DNA of 32,404 nucleotides from Deltaproteobacteria bacterium (GTDB lineage Bacteria; Desulfobacterota; DSM-4660; Desulfatiglandales; HGW-15): NCBI GenBank assembly GCA_016929815.1, contig JAFGIC010000061.1, positions 1 to 32,404 of the forward strand, read 5' to 3'. Shown piece by piece: positions 32,263 to 32,404 of this stretch (position 1 is its first letter; each line of letters starts with the position of its first letter). The notes under the pieces were generated by a model. It saw only the letters and a program-made list of their open reading frames with translations, ran no database searches and was not told where the DNA came from. The position numbers and the translations under genes were made by a program.

Positions 32263-32404
32263 CCAGCAGCTTTTACGGAAATGTTATGTAGTTTCTATTA
32301 TGAGAAAGTTAATAATTCGGGCTTTTTTATCTTTCTTAAAATATGTTTCTCGGATGTACGTGCATCTTTTCTTTCAGGAATCCTAATCCATCAAGGTTTT
32401 CCCG

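Noticed and set aside
32159-32386. 75-aa plus-strand ORF containing VIPAKAGIQ.
   Set aside because: It reads through leader element D and a REP-like palindrome. The VIPAKAGIQ peptide is a known type of repeat-translation artefact, and there is no RBS. A shorter 27-aa ORF (MRKLIIRAFL…) inside it also lacks support.
1-32404. Mobile element or genomic-island boundaries (integrase, transposase, tRNA target, flanking direct repeats).
   Set aside because: None were seen. The only dispersed repeats are the head-module duplication and short REP-like or leader elements.

Overview
This 32.4-kb window has 19 credible CDS, all on the minus strand. I recognised no rRNA, tRNA, CRISPR array, transposase or integrase. 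Nearly all products are cell-envelope or surface proteins.

Right part (31.7 to 22.2 kb):
- Three small secreted proteins with PEP-CTERM-type tails (VPxPA variant), each behind a long structured leader.
- An operon of a DUF1573 protein, an acidic secreted protein, a DUF2292-like small protein and a 1449-aa modular adhesin. The adhesin has 4 cadherin-like/He_PIG repeats, 5 FN3-like modules, a ZU5-like domain with an HFS motif, and a non-PEP C-terminal anchor.
- The adhesin's ~200-aa N-terminal head is a near-identical DNA duplicate of one of the small PEP-CTERM genes.

Middle: an orphan PstS-fold binding protein followed by a strong intrinsic terminator.

Left ~20 kb: a tightly packed co-directional block. 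In order it encodes a lipoprotein FKBP, an FKBP::thioredoxin-fold fusion, TpsB, a 3221-aa cysteine-free TpsA, an ExbB with a ~360-aa periplasmic DUF2341+LamG extension, ExbD, a TonB-like protein, a porin-like barrel, a membrane-anchored coiled-coil protein and an OmpR/PhoB response regulator.

My lead candidate for an undescribed system is this block: two-partner secretion plus dedicated foldases plus a Ton-like motor with no TonB-dependent receptor.

Non-coding signals include a ~70-nt box-plus-hairpin leader element in 4 copies, several heptamer/octamer tandem arrays, and conserved post-gene hairpins.

All domain calls come from motif recognition by eye, not from searches. The taxon guess (a Desulfobacterota-like anaerobe) is inference only.
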